A stretch of DNA of 38,213 bases from a virus (Duplodnaviria; Heunggongvirae; Uroviricota; Caudoviricetes), in the IMG/VR virus record IMGVR_UViG_2526164668_000029, positions 1 through 38,213 of that record; one strand, written 5' to 3'. The notes below the pieces were generated by a model. The model was not told the origin of the DNA. It did not search any database and was given only the letters and a program-made list of their open reading frames with translations. Below, in pieces: positions 9,554-19,015 of the stretch (position 1 is the first letter of the stretch; every line of letters starts with the position of its first letter). Position numbers and translations under genes: made by a program.

Positions 9554-10102
9554 ATGATGCCAGTTAGCCATTATCTCTGCATTTTCATAAACGTTGGTTT
9601 GGGAGAAGGCTCTGCATTACCTGTTGGTGTGCCTGTTCCGTGGCCTTCAGTCACACCGCCAACAGGCTGGCTGAAATGCAACGGTGCGGCTTTTTCTGCT
9701 GAAGAATACCCGGAACTGGCAAAGGCTTACCCGACCAATAAATTGCCTGATTTACGCGGTGAATTTATTCGTGGCTGGGATGACGGTCGCGGGATTGATA
9801 CTGGTCGCGCTTTGCTTAATTGGCAGCCACACACAATTTTGGACCATGCACACTATATGGAATTATGGACAGGGGACGGACTCGCCGCAGGAAGTGCACG
9901 GGAAGGAGTAAACCCAGGAATACTGGCTACATACGGTGACGGGGGAATAGTTAAAACGGACGAACCCGGTCTTAAGGTGCCTTCCTCACTACGAGCTATT
10001 AGTACTCGTAGTGTAAAACGTTTTGGTGAAATTAGTGGAAATGTAGGTACAGAAACTCGTCCTCGTAACATCGCTTTTAATTATATCGTAAGGGCCGCAT
10101 GA
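9554..10102 (+). CDS. alternative tail-fibre C-terminal cassette, expressed only after inversion
   Basis: Downstream of the crossover motif (encoding GLGE) it reads ...LPVGVPVPWPSVTPPTGWLKCNGAAFSAEEYPELAKAYP, a typical fibre tip; the in-frame stub upstream of the crossover is not a real N-terminus. Confidence 0.65.
   Translation: MMPVSHYLCIFINVGLGEGSALPVGVPVPWPSVTPPTGWLKCNGAAFSAEEYPELAKAYPTNKLPDLRGEFIRGWDDGRGIDTGRALLNWQPHTILDHAHYMELWTGDGLAAGSAREGVNPGILATYGDGGIVKTDEPGLKVPSSLRAISTRSVKRFGEISGNVGTETRPRNIAFNYIVRAA
9583..9608. repeat. left crossover site of the invertible tail-fibre segment
   Basis: ttttcataaacgttggtttgggagaa is an inverted copy (22/26) of 11563-11588 and resembles gix/hix sites. 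Confidence 0.6.
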
Positions 10103-10704
10103 TGAATAAAGCTGTATTAAATAGCGAACTCATCACCACAAAGGCGGGAGACATTACCGTTTACAATTATGATGGTGAGACACGGGAATATATTTCCACA
10201 TCAACTGAATATCTTGCTGTGGGTGTCGGTATCCCGGCATGTTCCTGTTTAGATGCTCCTGGCTCATATAAAGCTGGTTATGCAATTTGCCGTTCTGCAG
10301 ATTTTAACTCATGGGAATATGTGCCAGACCATCGCGGTGAAATCGTCTATAGCACCGAAACAGGAGAATCAAAAGAAATCACAGCTCCGGGTGATTACCC
10401 TGAAAACACGACCACTATCGCTCCATTTACGCCATACGATAAATGGGATGGTGAGAAATGGGTGACCGATACTGAGGCACAGCATAGCGCAGCAGTCGAA
10501 GCGGCAGAAGCACAGCGTCAGTCACTGATTGATGCTGCAATGGCTTCCATTAGTCTGATTCAACTGAAATTACAGGCCGGGCGGAAACTGACGCAGGCAG
10601 AAACAACCCGGCTTAACGCTGTGCTGGATTACATTGACGCGGTGACTGCAACAGATACCAGCACCGCGCCGGATGTCATCTGGCCTGAACTGCCGGAGGC
10701 GTAG
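10099..10704 (+). CDS. tail fibre assembly protein for the alternative cassette
   Basis: 201 aa; C-terminal motif LNAVLDYIDAV...STAPDVIWPELP shared with the convergent assembly gene. Confidence 0.75.
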   Translation: MMNKAVLNSELITTKAGDITVYNYDGETREYISTSTEYLAVGVGIPACSCLDAPGSYKAGYAICRSADFNSWEYVPDHRGEIVYSTETGESKEITAPGDYPENTTTIAPFTPYDKWDGEKWVTDTEAQHSAAVEAAEAQRQSLIDAAMASISLIQLKLQAGRKLTQAETTRLNAVLDYIDAVTATDTSTAPDVIWPELPEA

Positions 10705-11119
10705 GCCATTCAATATCTGGAGCACTGGAGATATCAACCAGTTCCAGTGCGTCCAGATAATCCAGCCATAAATTATATTGTTCCAGCTCGTCACCTTTCA
10801 GACGACCAATAGCAGCTTTGCCAGGCCACTGATGGGTATTGATGTAGGTATTGACTTCAGAAACCAAAGATATTTTTTTCATTTCAGCCGTCAACACCTC
10901 ATCCTCTTTTGAAGGGGGTGGGGAATTAATCCATACTGGCAGTCCTGAACTGTCTGCGCCAATTTCTTTCCCTTCTGGATGCAGCCCAAGAAATTGCTCA
11001 TATGTTTCTCTGGTAATTTCAATAACATCATCAGGAAGCGTTCCCGCATCCTCATATTCTGGAAACAATTCTTGCAGATAAAAACTTTTACTTCCGGGTG
11101 AAAAGAATACTGAGTTCAT
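10676..11119 (-). CDS. tail fibre assembly protein (gpG-like)
   Basis: 147 aa directly downstream of H; C-terminal LWLDYLDAL...SSAPDIEWP motif. Confidence 0.8.
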   Translation of the reverse strand: MNSVFFSPGSKSFYLQELFPEYEDAGTLPDDVIEITRETYEQFLGLHPEGKEIGADSSGLPVWINSPPPSKEDEVLTAEMKKISLVSEVNTYINTHQWPGKAAIGRLKGDELEQYNLWLDYLDALELVDISSAPDIEWPTPPAVQAR

Positions 11120-11121
11120 TC

Positions 11122-12624
11122 TTACCGTCCAATGATTAACGCTGAGACGCTGGTATCTGAAGGAAAGGCTGCATTCAGTGGTTTGTCGACTTTGAACACA
11201 ATCGTATTATTCCCCCTGACAGCGGCAAAAGAACAAACTGCAGTCGCGTATGAACCTGTAATATTACTGGATACACCACCATAAGCTGTTGTTGATACCA
11301 GAGGGATAACGCCCAGCACCTTATTAGGAAATACAAAGGGCAATGTGGCTGTGGCAATATAAGACTTATTAGAGCCTGTAATGGCATAAGCATTATCAGT
11401 CATTCCATTCATCGCCACTGGACCGCTTATACTTACAGTAACCATCTGAATGATTAGCCCGTCAGGTTGACGAATCACAAAATTTCCATTGCCACCAGTA
11501 ACCGTCCAGAAAGACATATCAGGGATTTGGTTTTCCCCGTTGCCCACATTTCGTTTTGCCGCTTCTCCCAAACCAAGGTATGTGAGAAGACCAGCTACAT
11601 CCTTTCCACTCAAATTAGTCAGCGTATTGTCCAGCGGTTGTTTACCTGCCAGCGCATTAAGCATTGTCGTGGCAAAGTTCGGGTCATTCCCCAGCGCTGC
11701 CGCCAGTTCGTTCAGTGTATCCAGTGCCGCAGGTGCAGAACCCACCATTGCCGCAATCGCCGATTTCACAAATGCCGTGGTGGCAATCTGTGTATTGTTG
11801 ACCGACTGTGCCGCAGTAGGTGCGGTTGGCGTTCCGGTGAGTGCCGGACTCGACAGCGGCGCTTTCAGTGCCAGCGCATTGTTAATGGTGGTACTGAATT
11901 TCGGATCATTGTTAATGGCTGCGGCTATTTCTTTCAGCGTGTCCAGCGTGGCTGGCGCACCATTAATAAGAGCCGTCAGAGCCGCCTGAACAAACGCGGT
12001 GGTCGCAATCTGCGTGGTGTTATTCCCTGCGGCTGGCGTTGGCGCTTTGGGTGTCCCGGTAAACGTCGGACTTTCTTTGGGTGCATACTGTGAATGCGGG
12101 TCCGGTGCGGCAAGATGTTTTGCCATCTGATCATCCGCGTACACCTTCAGCTCCAGTGCCTTGTCATCCACATACTTGCGGGTTGCCAGCACTACGGCAG
12201 GGTCGATTTTCAGGGTGATATTGTCCGTGCTGCTGGTAATCAGCACCATGCGCACGGTCTGAGTGCGCCCGCTACCTTCAGCCAGTTGCGGCTTATAGCT
12301 TTCCGGGCAGTTGCCCACGGCAATCAATGCCCCGGACTCATCAAACAAGCCCACTTCACGTATCCACCAACCGCCCTCGTTTTCAGGGATCACCTGTTCG
12401 GCAATAATCTGGCTGCTGTTCTGCGGGTCGATATAGAGCATATTCAGCGCAGCCCGGCGTTTCTCATTTACCAGTGCAGTCTGCTTTGAGTCTGGCGTTG
12501 GCAATACTCCGCCGCCATCGCCGACCGCCATATGGGTAATTTTTAGCGGCACACCGAGCGCGGCGGCGCTGGCAAGTTTCGCCGCGCCAATATCCGTCAG
12601 CAGGGTATAAAATTTTGTGCTCAT
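11122..12624 (-). CDS. H: tail fibre protein H (currently expressed variant)
   Basis: 500 aa with repeated ...TTQIATTAFV... and ...DTL.E.AAA..NDP.F... motifs typical of P2 gpH; crossover site lies within its 3' third. Confidence 0.9.
   Translation of the reverse strand: MSTKFYTLLTDIGAAKLASAAALGVPLKITHMAVGDGGGVLPTPDSKQTALVNEKRRAALNMLYIDPQNSSQIIAEQVIPENEGGWWIREVGLFDESGALIAVGNCPESYKPQLAEGSGRTQTVRMVLITSSTDNITLKIDPAVVLATRKYVDDKALELKVYADDQMAKHLAAPDPHSQYAPKESPTFTGTPKAPTPAAGNNTTQIATTAFVQAALTALINGAPATLDTLKEIAAAINNDPKFSTTINNALALKAPLSSPALTGTPTAPTAAQSVNNTQIATTAFVKSAIAAMVGSAPAALDTLNELAAALGNDPNFATTMLNALAGKQPLDNTLTNLSGKDVAGLLTYLGLGEAAKRNVGNGENQIPDMSFWTVTGGNGNFVIRQPDGLIIQMVTVSISGPVAMNGMTDNAYAITGSNKSYIATATLPFVFPNKVLGVIPLVSTTAYGGVSSNITGSYATAVCSFAAVRGNNTIVFKVDKPLNAAFPSDTSVSALIIGR
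11563..11588. repeat. right crossover site of the invertible tail-fibre segment (inside H)
   Basis: ttctcccaaaccaaggtatgtgagaa, inverted relative to 9583-9608; encodes LTYLGLGE at the constant/variable junction of H. Confidence 0.6.
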
Positions 12625-13226
12625 GGATTCACTCTCATTGTGTCAATAACATGGACCGCCCCGCCTTCATGCGCGGTGCCGCCAGAAATAATTGTTTCGT
12701 TGATATACGGATAGATCGTGATTTCTTCGCCAAGATAGCTGGCGGCCCCCACCCAATGCGGACCGCTGGTCTGCAGATTGATGGACATGCCGATCATGTG
12801 ACGGCTACATGGTTTGGCATCGCTTATCAGCCGCTCAAGTTCCAGATAGGTATCTTCAGTGATGCCCTGGTCCTGCACGCCGATATCCAGGCGAAACGTG
12901 CCCGGTGTTTCTCCGGTCTGCCACCACTCAATAATGCGGATCAGGAATCCGAACGGTTCCACCACCCGCCGCACGGCACTGGTGGTTCCTTTATGCTGAT
13001 GAATATAAAAAGCATCCTTCACTACCTGGCGTTTGACGCTTTCTGTCCAGCCCTCGTCCCAGCGATCCACAGAGAACGCCCAGGCGAGATAAGGCAGGAA
13101 GCTGACCGGACAGGTAGCCGGACTCCACAAGTCACGCAGCGGCACCTGCAGATCAGAAATCCCGCTACAGGTTTGCGCCAGTCGGCGCTCCAGTGAAGTT
13201 GAACCCGGTGGCAGCAGACTATTCAT
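12621..13226 (-). CDS. I: baseplate protein I
   Basis: ...LPYLAWAFSVDRWDEGW... matches P2 gpI; overlaps J and H. Confidence 0.85.
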   Translation of the reverse strand: MNSLLPPGSTSLERRLAQTCSGISDLQVPLRDLWSPATCPVSFLPYLAWAFSVDRWDEGWTESVKRQVVKDAFYIHQHKGTTSAVRRVVEPFGFLIRIIEWWQTGETPGTFRLDIGVQDQGITEDTYLELERLISDAKPCSRHMIGMSINLQTSGPHWVGAASYLGEEITIYPYINETIISGGTAHEGGAVHVIDTMRVNP

Positions 13227-14127
13227 CCGTTCCTCCGTTGGTTACGCTCCACTGCGTACATGATGCCGCCTGTGTTTTGTTCAGGACCACATCCGCCAGA
13301 GGAGAAGCCAGCTCCACACGCTGCACACCCTCAACATGCAGGGCGGCAAAGATGGCGCTACGGCGAATATCCCGACCAAGACGCGTCTGACTGGCGATGT
13401 ACTTCTGCAGGCTGGCTTTTGCCGCTGCCATTACCGGCTCTGCTTCCGGTCCCGGATAGAGAAAAATGGTGGCTTCCACGCGATACGGGATGATTTCTGC
13501 GCTGCGAACCGTCAGACGGTCAGCCACCGGGCGGACGTTCTCACTGTTCAGAGCTTTTTCCACCACGTCCAGCAGGTCTTTTTCTGCAGTTCCATCGCCT
13601 TCGCGGCTAAGGACAGTCAGCACCACCTCTGCAGGTGCCGGGCTGGTTGCACTGGCATCCGCCACCCGACCGTCGGCGCTTCGGGCATGAAATTCATAAG
13701 CTGCAGTTGGCCCCGCAACAGAAAGCCCTTCAAAGGCTGCAGGCACACGCAGGCGTAACGCTTCATCGCTTTCCATCACAGCTGCAACGGGCGGCACAGC
13801 ATCATTATCAGCAGGCGTCACCGTCAGGCGTGTCACGTTGTAGTTGGCAGCGAGCTGGTCAAGATCGCCGCCCATCGCGTAAGCCACCATCACCGCCTGC
13901 GCGGCTTCGTTAATGCGCTGGCGCAGAAGCAACTCACGGTAAGCGTTCTCCTGCAACAATTTAGTGACGGGTTCAGATTCCAGTTCCAGCGTGCGGATCA
14001 TGGCTTCCTGCTCATCTTTCGGATGAAGCGCCACAAATTCTGCCTTGCGTTCGGCAAGCAGCGTCTCAAAGTCCGGCACATCCACAATCTGCGGTGCAGG
14101 CAACTGCGAAAGGTCAATCACTGCCAT
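13219..14127 (-). CDS. J: baseplate assembly protein J
   Basis: MAVIDLSQLPAPQIVD... aligns with the P2 gpJ N-terminus; start taken at the internal Met (ORF track start 14166 is probably an upstream extension). Confidence 0.85.
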   Translation of the reverse strand: MAVIDLSQLPAPQIVDVPDFETLLAERKAEFVALHPKDEQEAMIRTLELESEPVTKLLQENAYRELLLRQRINEAAQAVMVAYAMGGDLDQLAANYNVTRLTVTPADNDAVPPVAAVMESDEALRLRVPAAFEGLSVAGPTAAYEFHARSADGRVADASATSPAPAEVVLTVLSREGDGTAEKDLLDVVEKALNSENVRPVADRLTVRSAEIIPYRVEATIFLYPGPEAEPVMAAAKASLQKYIASQTRLGRDIRRSAIFAALHVEGVQRVELASPLADVVLNKTQAASCTQWSVTNGGTDE

Positions 14128-14473
14128 TCTCTGCTCCTGTTGATACGGAAAGGGACACAGGCACACCGTTATTCCGCCGCCCGGTCAGCTCCACCACCAT
14201 AGAACCGTCAAAGTTGCTGTTGATGGTGATGGAATCCAGCGTCAGCCGTGGCTCCCAGCGACTCAGCGCCACATACACTGCCGACATGACCTGCAGGCGT
14301 AATGCCGGATTTTGTGGCTGATCTATCAGTGCCGACAGTAGGGAACCATATTCCCGACGGGCAATGCGGCTACCCTGCGGCGTCAGCAGAATGTCCCGCA
14401 CCGACTGGCGCAGATGGTCAATATCAGTAATGACTTTGCCGCTGGTATTGTTCATCCCGCTATAAAGCGTCAT
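14114..14473 (-). CDS. W: baseplate protein W
   Basis: 119 aa in the gpW position, overlapping V and J. Confidence 0.85.
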   Translation of the reverse strand: MTLYSGMNNTSGKVITDIDHLRQSVRDILLTPQGSRIARREYGSLLSALIDQPQNPALRLQVMSAVYVALSRWEPRLTLDSITINSNFDGSMVVELTGRRNNGVPVSLSVSTGAENGSD

Positions 14474-15048
14474 ACCGGGCCTCCGGTTGTGTCGCCGCCT
14501 TTCAGGACGCCAGTATGCTGATGTGCATCAACCACAATTCCGTTAGAACTCATTGCACCGCCGCCCTGGGTAACGCCACCATTGATCACCACTTCGCTGT
14601 TAATGCGCGTGCGGTCAGCCTCCAGTACAAACTCATTGGTTTTCATGGTGATGTTGTCAGCGGCCTCAATGACCATTGATTTGATGCCCCTGACATACCA
14701 GCGCCCGGTGGCGGGTTCGTATTCAAACCAGCCACCGTCAGGATGTTCTGTCACGCAGGCGTCCGCCGACGTCGACGGTGGCGCGAACTGATTCGAATAG
14801 ATGGCGGGCAGCGCAAACGCGGTTTCCAGATTGCCTCCCAGACTCAGCAGCACCACCTGCTCACCTTCCGATGGTTTCCACCATGTGCAGGCATTACCCG
14901 CGCGCAGCGTCAGCCAGTTAATCCAGTTGGTTTCAAGGTCGCCCGTTTTCACCCGACAAAGCCAGTTTTCCCGGTCCACTTCGGTGACTACACCTGTGCG
15001 GATCAGATTGGTGATAAGGCGCATGATTTCGGTTAATTGTGCGTTCAT
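14470..15048 (-). CDS. V: baseplate spike/assembly protein V
   Basis: 192 aa, first gene of the V-W-J-I-H operon. Confidence 0.85.
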   Translation of the reverse strand: MNAQLTEIMRLITNLIRTGVVTEVDRENWLCRVKTGDLETNWINWLTLRAGNACTWWKPSEGEQVVLLSLGGNLETAFALPAIYSNQFAPPSTSADACVTEHPDGGWFEYEPATGRWYVRGIKSMVIEAADNITMKTNEFVLEADRTRINSEVVINGGVTQGGGAMSSNGIVVDAHQHTGVLKGGDTTGGPV

Positions 15049-15094
15049 AGGGAAAGGTTGCCATCAGGGGAAGAAAGGCGGCAGTGCTGCAACT

Positions 15095-15112
15095 TGTATC
15101 AGTGCTGATACA
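15095..15112. promoter_or_regulatory. candidate Ogr-dependent late promoter element upstream of V
   Basis: Perfect palindrome TTGTATCAGTGCTGATACAA containing TGT-N12-ACA in the S-V intergenic region. Confidence 0.5.
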
Positions 15113-15116
15113 AAGA

Positions 15117-15563
15117 TCACCCCGCCAGCCATTGCAGAATCATGTCGCGGGTCATTGCCTCAACATCATCATTTACACCCAGCAGGCGGCGCTCTGCGTA
15201 ACGAACCTCCGGTCCTTTGCGACTGACGCGATCACGCAGGCCGTAATGGTGAACACGGGCAATACGCTGCACCTTGCCTTCAAACTGTACGCTGGCAGAG
15301 TCGGCGCTGGCGGCAGTTTTCAGGTATTTTGTGGTGCGCAGCTTTGCAAACATCTGACGTTTGATGCGCCCCTTCTTGCTGCGTGCTGTTACCCTGCGCG
15401 GTTCATAACTGCTGCCATCTGGATTGCGCTGCATCCTGATATTCTGCTGCTGTGTCCGGCGCAGTTCCTGCGCCAGCTGGCGCATCATACGGCTTCTTGC
15501 GGCTGGCTCCAGATTCGCCAGCAAGGCACTCAGCCAGTCGTCCACCTTCTGCAATTCAGCCAC
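15117..15563 (-). CDS. S: tail completion protein S
   Basis: 148 aa, in the gpS position. Confidence 0.85.
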   Translation of the reverse strand: MAELQKVDDWLSALLANLEPAARSRMMRQLAQELRRTQQQNIRMQRNPDGSSYEPRRVTARSKKGRIKRQMFAKLRTTKYLKTAASADSASVQFEGKVQRIARVHHYGLRDRVSRKGPEVRYAERRLLGVNDDVEAMTRDMILQWLAG

Positions 15564-16008
15564 GTTTCACCGTCCACATTTCTTCAGGTTTATCGGGTTC
15601 CGCTACAGCTTCAACACTCGACACACTGCCGTCAGTACTGACCAGCACACGCTCCGTCAGTTGCAGGTTAAGGCTGATATCACAGACATCGTTGCGCACA
15701 ATATCCACCTCAAAGGTGAATAGTTTTTCCCGTAACGCCGGGTTATTGATGGCATCGGGCTGGTTATCACGCAGCCACAGCAAAACCGGGGCCATCAGCA
15801 GATTCTGGTCGCCGCTGAAATCCTCAATCACCACGTTGAGGGTATAATGGTACTCCCATGACATGGAGCTGGCCCCCGTGGCAACCAGCGAACCGTTATC
15901 CACAAACAGATGCAGTTTGTCCGGGTTATTGCGGACATAAGGCACTGCTTTATTGAGGGCGTGGCGCAGGGACTGTGGTTTGTTCACTGTTTCGCTCCTG
16001 ACACGCAA
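15556..16008 (-). CDS. R: tail completion protein R
   Basis: 150 aa, in the gpR position. Confidence 0.85.
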   Translation of the reverse strand: MRVRSETVNKPQSLRHALNKAVPYVRNNPDKLHLFVDNGSLVATGASSMSWEYHYTLNVVIEDFSGDQNLLMAPVLLWLRDNQPDAINNPALREKLFTFEVDIVRNDVCDISLNLQLTERVLVSTDGSVSSVEAVAEPDKPEEMWTVKRG

Positions 16009-16240
16009 TAATCATGTCCACTTTGTCTGCACAGACCGCCCAGGCGGCCTCCGTTTCATCCAGCAACGCATTCAGATCACCGTTAGTGCGCGGTGCTGCC
16101 TGCTCCAGCCGACACGGCGTCACTCGCGGACAACCACTGACGGTAAGCTGCACCTCCGGTGAGTGCCGGACGTTCCCGCAGCCGGATAATGTCAGCAGGC
16201 AAAGGAGTATCAGCCCAGCGGCGTAAATCCTCGTTCTCAC
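15950..16240 (-). CDS. lysC: outer-membrane spanin lipoprotein (LysC / Rz1-like)
   Basis: Signal peptide ending in lipobox LTLSGC, Pro-rich body; overlaps the i-spanin gene out of frame and runs into R. Confidence 0.65.
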   Translation of the reverse strand: MRTRIYAAGLILLCLLTLSGCGNVRHSPEVQLTVSGCPRVTPCRLEQAAPRTNGDLNALLDETEAAWAVCADKVDMIIACQERNSEQTTVPAPRPQ

Positions 16241-16511
16241 GTTTCAGTTCCTCGATCCGGCGTTGTCGTTGTCTCAGCTGTGCGCTGGTCCGTTCTGCTT
16301 CGGCATAGAGCCGCGCCTGCTCCCGGTTATTGGTTTCAGTCAGAATGGACAGGCTGATAAGCTGGCTGTTGCTCTTTGCCAGTGCCTGGCTTTTGCTCTG
16401 CAGCTCGTCTGCCTGCGTGCTGATGGTCTGGCTGGCATCAGCCAGCCGCCACGTCTGCCAGCCCAGCGCCGCCAGTAATAACGCCAGCACAACCAGCAGC
16501 AACCGGTTCAT
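16083..16511 (-). CDS. lysB: inner-membrane spanin (LysB / Rz-like)
   Basis: N-terminal TM helix LLLVVLALLLAAL followed by coiled-coil sequence. Confidence 0.75.
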   Translation of the reverse strand: MNRLLLVVLALLLAALGWQTWRLADASQTISTQADELQSKSQALAKSNSQLISLSILTETNNREQARLYAEAERTSAQLRQRQRRIEELKRENEDLRRWADTPLPADIIRLRERPALTGGAAYRQWLSASDAVSAGAGSTAH

Positions 16512-16885
16512 GCTGCTACCTGTTGCGCCATCTGATTACGGGTGATCCAGAAGGCAATAACGGTCAGTAGATAAAAGACCAGGGTAATAGCCCACCCCGT
16601 CCAGGCGAGACTTACAACAATCAGCAATCGCATCACCCAACTGGTAAATACGTTTTCTTTTCGGGTAATTGTCTTCAGCAAAGATGCCCTTAACTCCTGC
16701 CAGAGCGGGCCATTCTTAATTAACGCAGCCAGTGCTACCGGAATTACCGCCCATGTCAGCAAACAGGCTACCCAAACGCCGGACGCTGCCAGTACCGGAA
16801 AAATCCCCTGCGGATACACCATTGCTGCGATTAACAGCGCCATCCATAACATCAGAAACAGTCCGCTGATTAATTTCTTTTTCAT
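16508..16885 (-). CDS. lysA: lysis regulatory membrane protein LysA-like
   Basis: Multi-TM small protein between the endolysin and spanin genes; start taken at the internal Met MKKKLISGLF. Confidence 0.6.
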   Translation of the reverse strand: MKKKLISGLFLMLWMALLIAAMVYPQGIFPVLAASGVWVACLLTWAVIPVALAALIKNGPLWQELRASLLKTITRKENVFTSWVMRLLIVVSLAWTGWAITLVFYLLTVIAFWITRNQMAQQVAA

Positions 16886-16886
16886 T

Positions 16887-17399
16887 TCAGTTTGCTCCCT
16901 GTAAGCACCAGGCCATCTCCCGCGCACGGCGGTTATCCAGCCCCTGATTAAAAACACCTTTCACATAAACCCAGCGCGGCAACTGTCGGCACGCATCTGC
17001 CCAGCGCCGCTGATTGAGTAATTTCACCAGCGTGGAACTGCAGGCATTGCCCGTTCCCACGTTGAAGGCAAACGACACCGCAGCGTCATACACCTTCTGC
17101 GGCGGCTGTTGCTTCACACACCTTTCCAGCGCCCGCTCCACACGCAGCACGTTGGAGATCAGCCCTTCTGCTGCCTGTCGCTCCGTAATGGTTTTGCCGG
17201 GAATGACGCCTGACGTATTACCAATGCCGTCGGTCCAGACACCCGCGCTGCACTGATACGGCTGCAGACGACAACCTTCGTAATCGGCAATCAGTTTCAG
17301 CCCCTCCACGGAGGTGTGAAGCTGCTGAAAACCCGGCAGCGTGGCAGCAATAGCCAGCACGGCCCCGACAAGGCAGCGTTTAACGATTGATGGATTCAT
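16887..17399 (-). CDS. K: endolysin (lysozyme, gpK-like)
   Basis: 170 aa in the gpK position; N-terminal hydrophobic segment, then a lysozyme-like body. Confidence 0.85.
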   Translation of the reverse strand: MNPSIVKRCLVGAVLAIAATLPGFQQLHTSVEGLKLIADYEGCRLQPYQCSAGVWTDGIGNTSGVIPGKTITERQAAEGLISNVLRVERALERCVKQQPPQKVYDAAVSFAFNVGTGNACSSTLVKLLNQRRWADACRQLPRWVYVKGVFNQGLDNRRAREMAWCLQGAN

Positions 17400-17595
17400 A
17401 GTCCTCCCGCGAGATCTGCCCGTCGCGCAGAAGCTGGTAGGCTTTGTGTTTGTAGTACCAGTTGATAGCCAGCATCAGCACACCAATCATCAGGCCGCCC
17501 AGCGTTGAGGCATCCTTGATGGACAAATCGCCCAGCCAGGCCAGCACGACGGCGATGCAATACGTGATAAAGGCGCTGATTCGCTCAAGCGTCAT
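17380..17595 (-). CDS. Y: holin
   Basis: 71 aa with two hydrophobic helices and a charged C-terminus, directly upstream of the endolysin. Confidence 0.7.
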   Translation of the reverse strand: MTLERISAFITYCIAVVLAWLGDLSIKDASTLGGLMIGVLMLAINWYYKHKAYQLLRDGQISREDYESINR

Positions 17596-17598
17596 AAT

Positions 17599-17802
17599 TC
17601 AGTCCCATAGCTGGACGGTCTGCACGGTGGTGGTGGTCGGAATGTCCGGCAGCTCCACCTGCAGCCCGTGAGGTAAAAAGGGGCCGTATTCGGCAAGCCC
17701 CGGATTTGCCTTCAGTACCTGCTCCGTGACACCCTGCGTGCGCCCGTAATGACGCCAGCAAAGCGCGTCCACCGTGTCATACTGATGCGCACGCACTTTC
17801 AT
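17599..17802 (-). CDS. X: tail protein X
   Basis: 67 aa in the gpX position. Confidence 0.8.
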   Translation of the reverse strand: MKVRAHQYDTVDALCWRHYGRTQGVTEQVLKANPGLAEYGPFLPHGLQVELPDIPTTTTVQTVQLWD

Positions 17803-18329
17803 CAGATAAGCTCCACTGTGCAGTGCGGCGCATCCTGCACCCGGCTGATGGCCCAGCGGGCGTCACGCCACAAATCACCGCTGGCTTCTGCCAGTTCTTC
17901 GCCCCGCTTCACACCGGATGCCGTGGCGTCATAGTCCTGGTAACGTTCGTTGAGCATGGCGCGTGCCCAGCAGTAAACCGCGTTGAAATAGTGCTGAATG
18001 CGCTCGCTTTTGCCGTCCAGTTGTTCCGCCGGGACTTCTGCCAGCGAGGCATACCCCAGCATCTGCTGGCGTCTGCGAAACTCATACAGCTCTGCGTTGA
18101 CCTCCGAAATTGCCGACAGCGCAACCTGCTTTAAACGCGGCTGCGTCACCGTGCCATCAGTGCGCATCACGCTGCGAAACTCCGACAGGTCCACATCAGG
18201 CCAGAACGGCGTATTTCTGATGATTTCCGCCTGTTCCGGTGCCTGTTCTGGCGCAACAAACTTCATGCTGCTTTCTCCTGAAATAAAGGGCGGTGGACGG
18301 GGTTTTGATGTGGCAGTGCCTTTCGCCAC
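17802..18329 (-). CDS. L: capsid completion protein L
   Basis: 175 aa in the gpL position. Confidence 0.85.
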   Translation of the reverse strand: MAKGTATSKPRPPPFISGESSMKFVAPEQAPEQAEIIRNTPFWPDVDLSEFRSVMRTDGTVTQPRLKQVALSAISEVNAELYEFRRRQQMLGYASLAEVPAEQLDGKSERIQHYFNAVYCWARAMLNERYQDYDATASGVKRGEELAEASGDLWRDARWAISRVQDAPHCTVELI

Positions 18330-18361
18330 CCCGTGCCGCCCGTGCGCGGGGGCACGTTCTG

Positions 18362-19012
18362 TCAGCGGCTGTCATTGCGCAGTCTGCGCTCCAGCTGCTG
18401 TTTGTCTTTTTTCACGCCACAGCGGGGATCGAGCTGTAACGCATGGTTGAGATGATTAAGGGCGGAAGCCGGATTGCTTTCACTCAGAACAGCGCCAATC
18501 GCTTTATGCAGACGCGCCCGTGACTGGTCCGGCATATCCAGACCGTCTGTCAGCTCCAGCGTCTGCAGCAACAGATCGGCATCAAAGCCGGTGGCGGCAA
18601 GCATTGCGCTCTGCGCTGCATCTGCCATTTCCTCTGCCAGCACGGTCTGCACATTGCGGTTACCCAGCGGCATCACCCAGCCATGACGCAGGGCATGACG
18701 CCCGATCTCCAGCGCCCCGGCATAATCTCCGGCATCAATGCGCCACAGCATCACGTACATCAGCACGTCATCCTGTTGAGCGCCTCCGGCAGCCAGGACG
18801 CCCTCCGCCCAGGCGGCATATTTCGGCAGCAGCTCCACCTTTATTTCCGCTTTTTTGACCGTGGACTGAACGCCCTTGAGACGGCGGCGGTCTTCCGCCA
18901 GTTGCAGCAGCATCAGGTCATAGCCAGATGCGTGGCGAACGCTGCCGCCCTCGCGGGCGGCCTGTTCAGCCTGAACGCGCAGGCGATGCTGCCGTGCGGG
19001 ACTCAGGCTCAT
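18362..19012 (-). CDS. M: terminase small (endonuclease) subunit M
   Basis: 216 aa in the gpM position. Confidence 0.85.
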   Translation of the reverse strand: MSLSPARQHRLRVQAEQAAREGGSVRHASGYDLMLLQLAEDRRRLKGVQSTVKKAEIKVELLPKYAAWAEGVLAAGGAQQDDVLMYVMLWRIDAGDYAGALEIGRHALRHGWVMPLGNRNVQTVLAEEMADAAQSAMLAATGFDADLLLQTLELTDGLDMPDQSRARLHKAIGAVLSESNPASALNHLNHALQLDPRCGVKKDKQQLERRLRNDSR

Positions 19013-19015
19013 AGG

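Noticed and set aside
11467-12093. 208-aa Cys/Arg-rich plus-strand ORF that looks like a zinc-finger protein.
   Set aside because: Antisense to tail-fibre gene H, with no ribosome-binding site and an implausible composition; a frame artefact.
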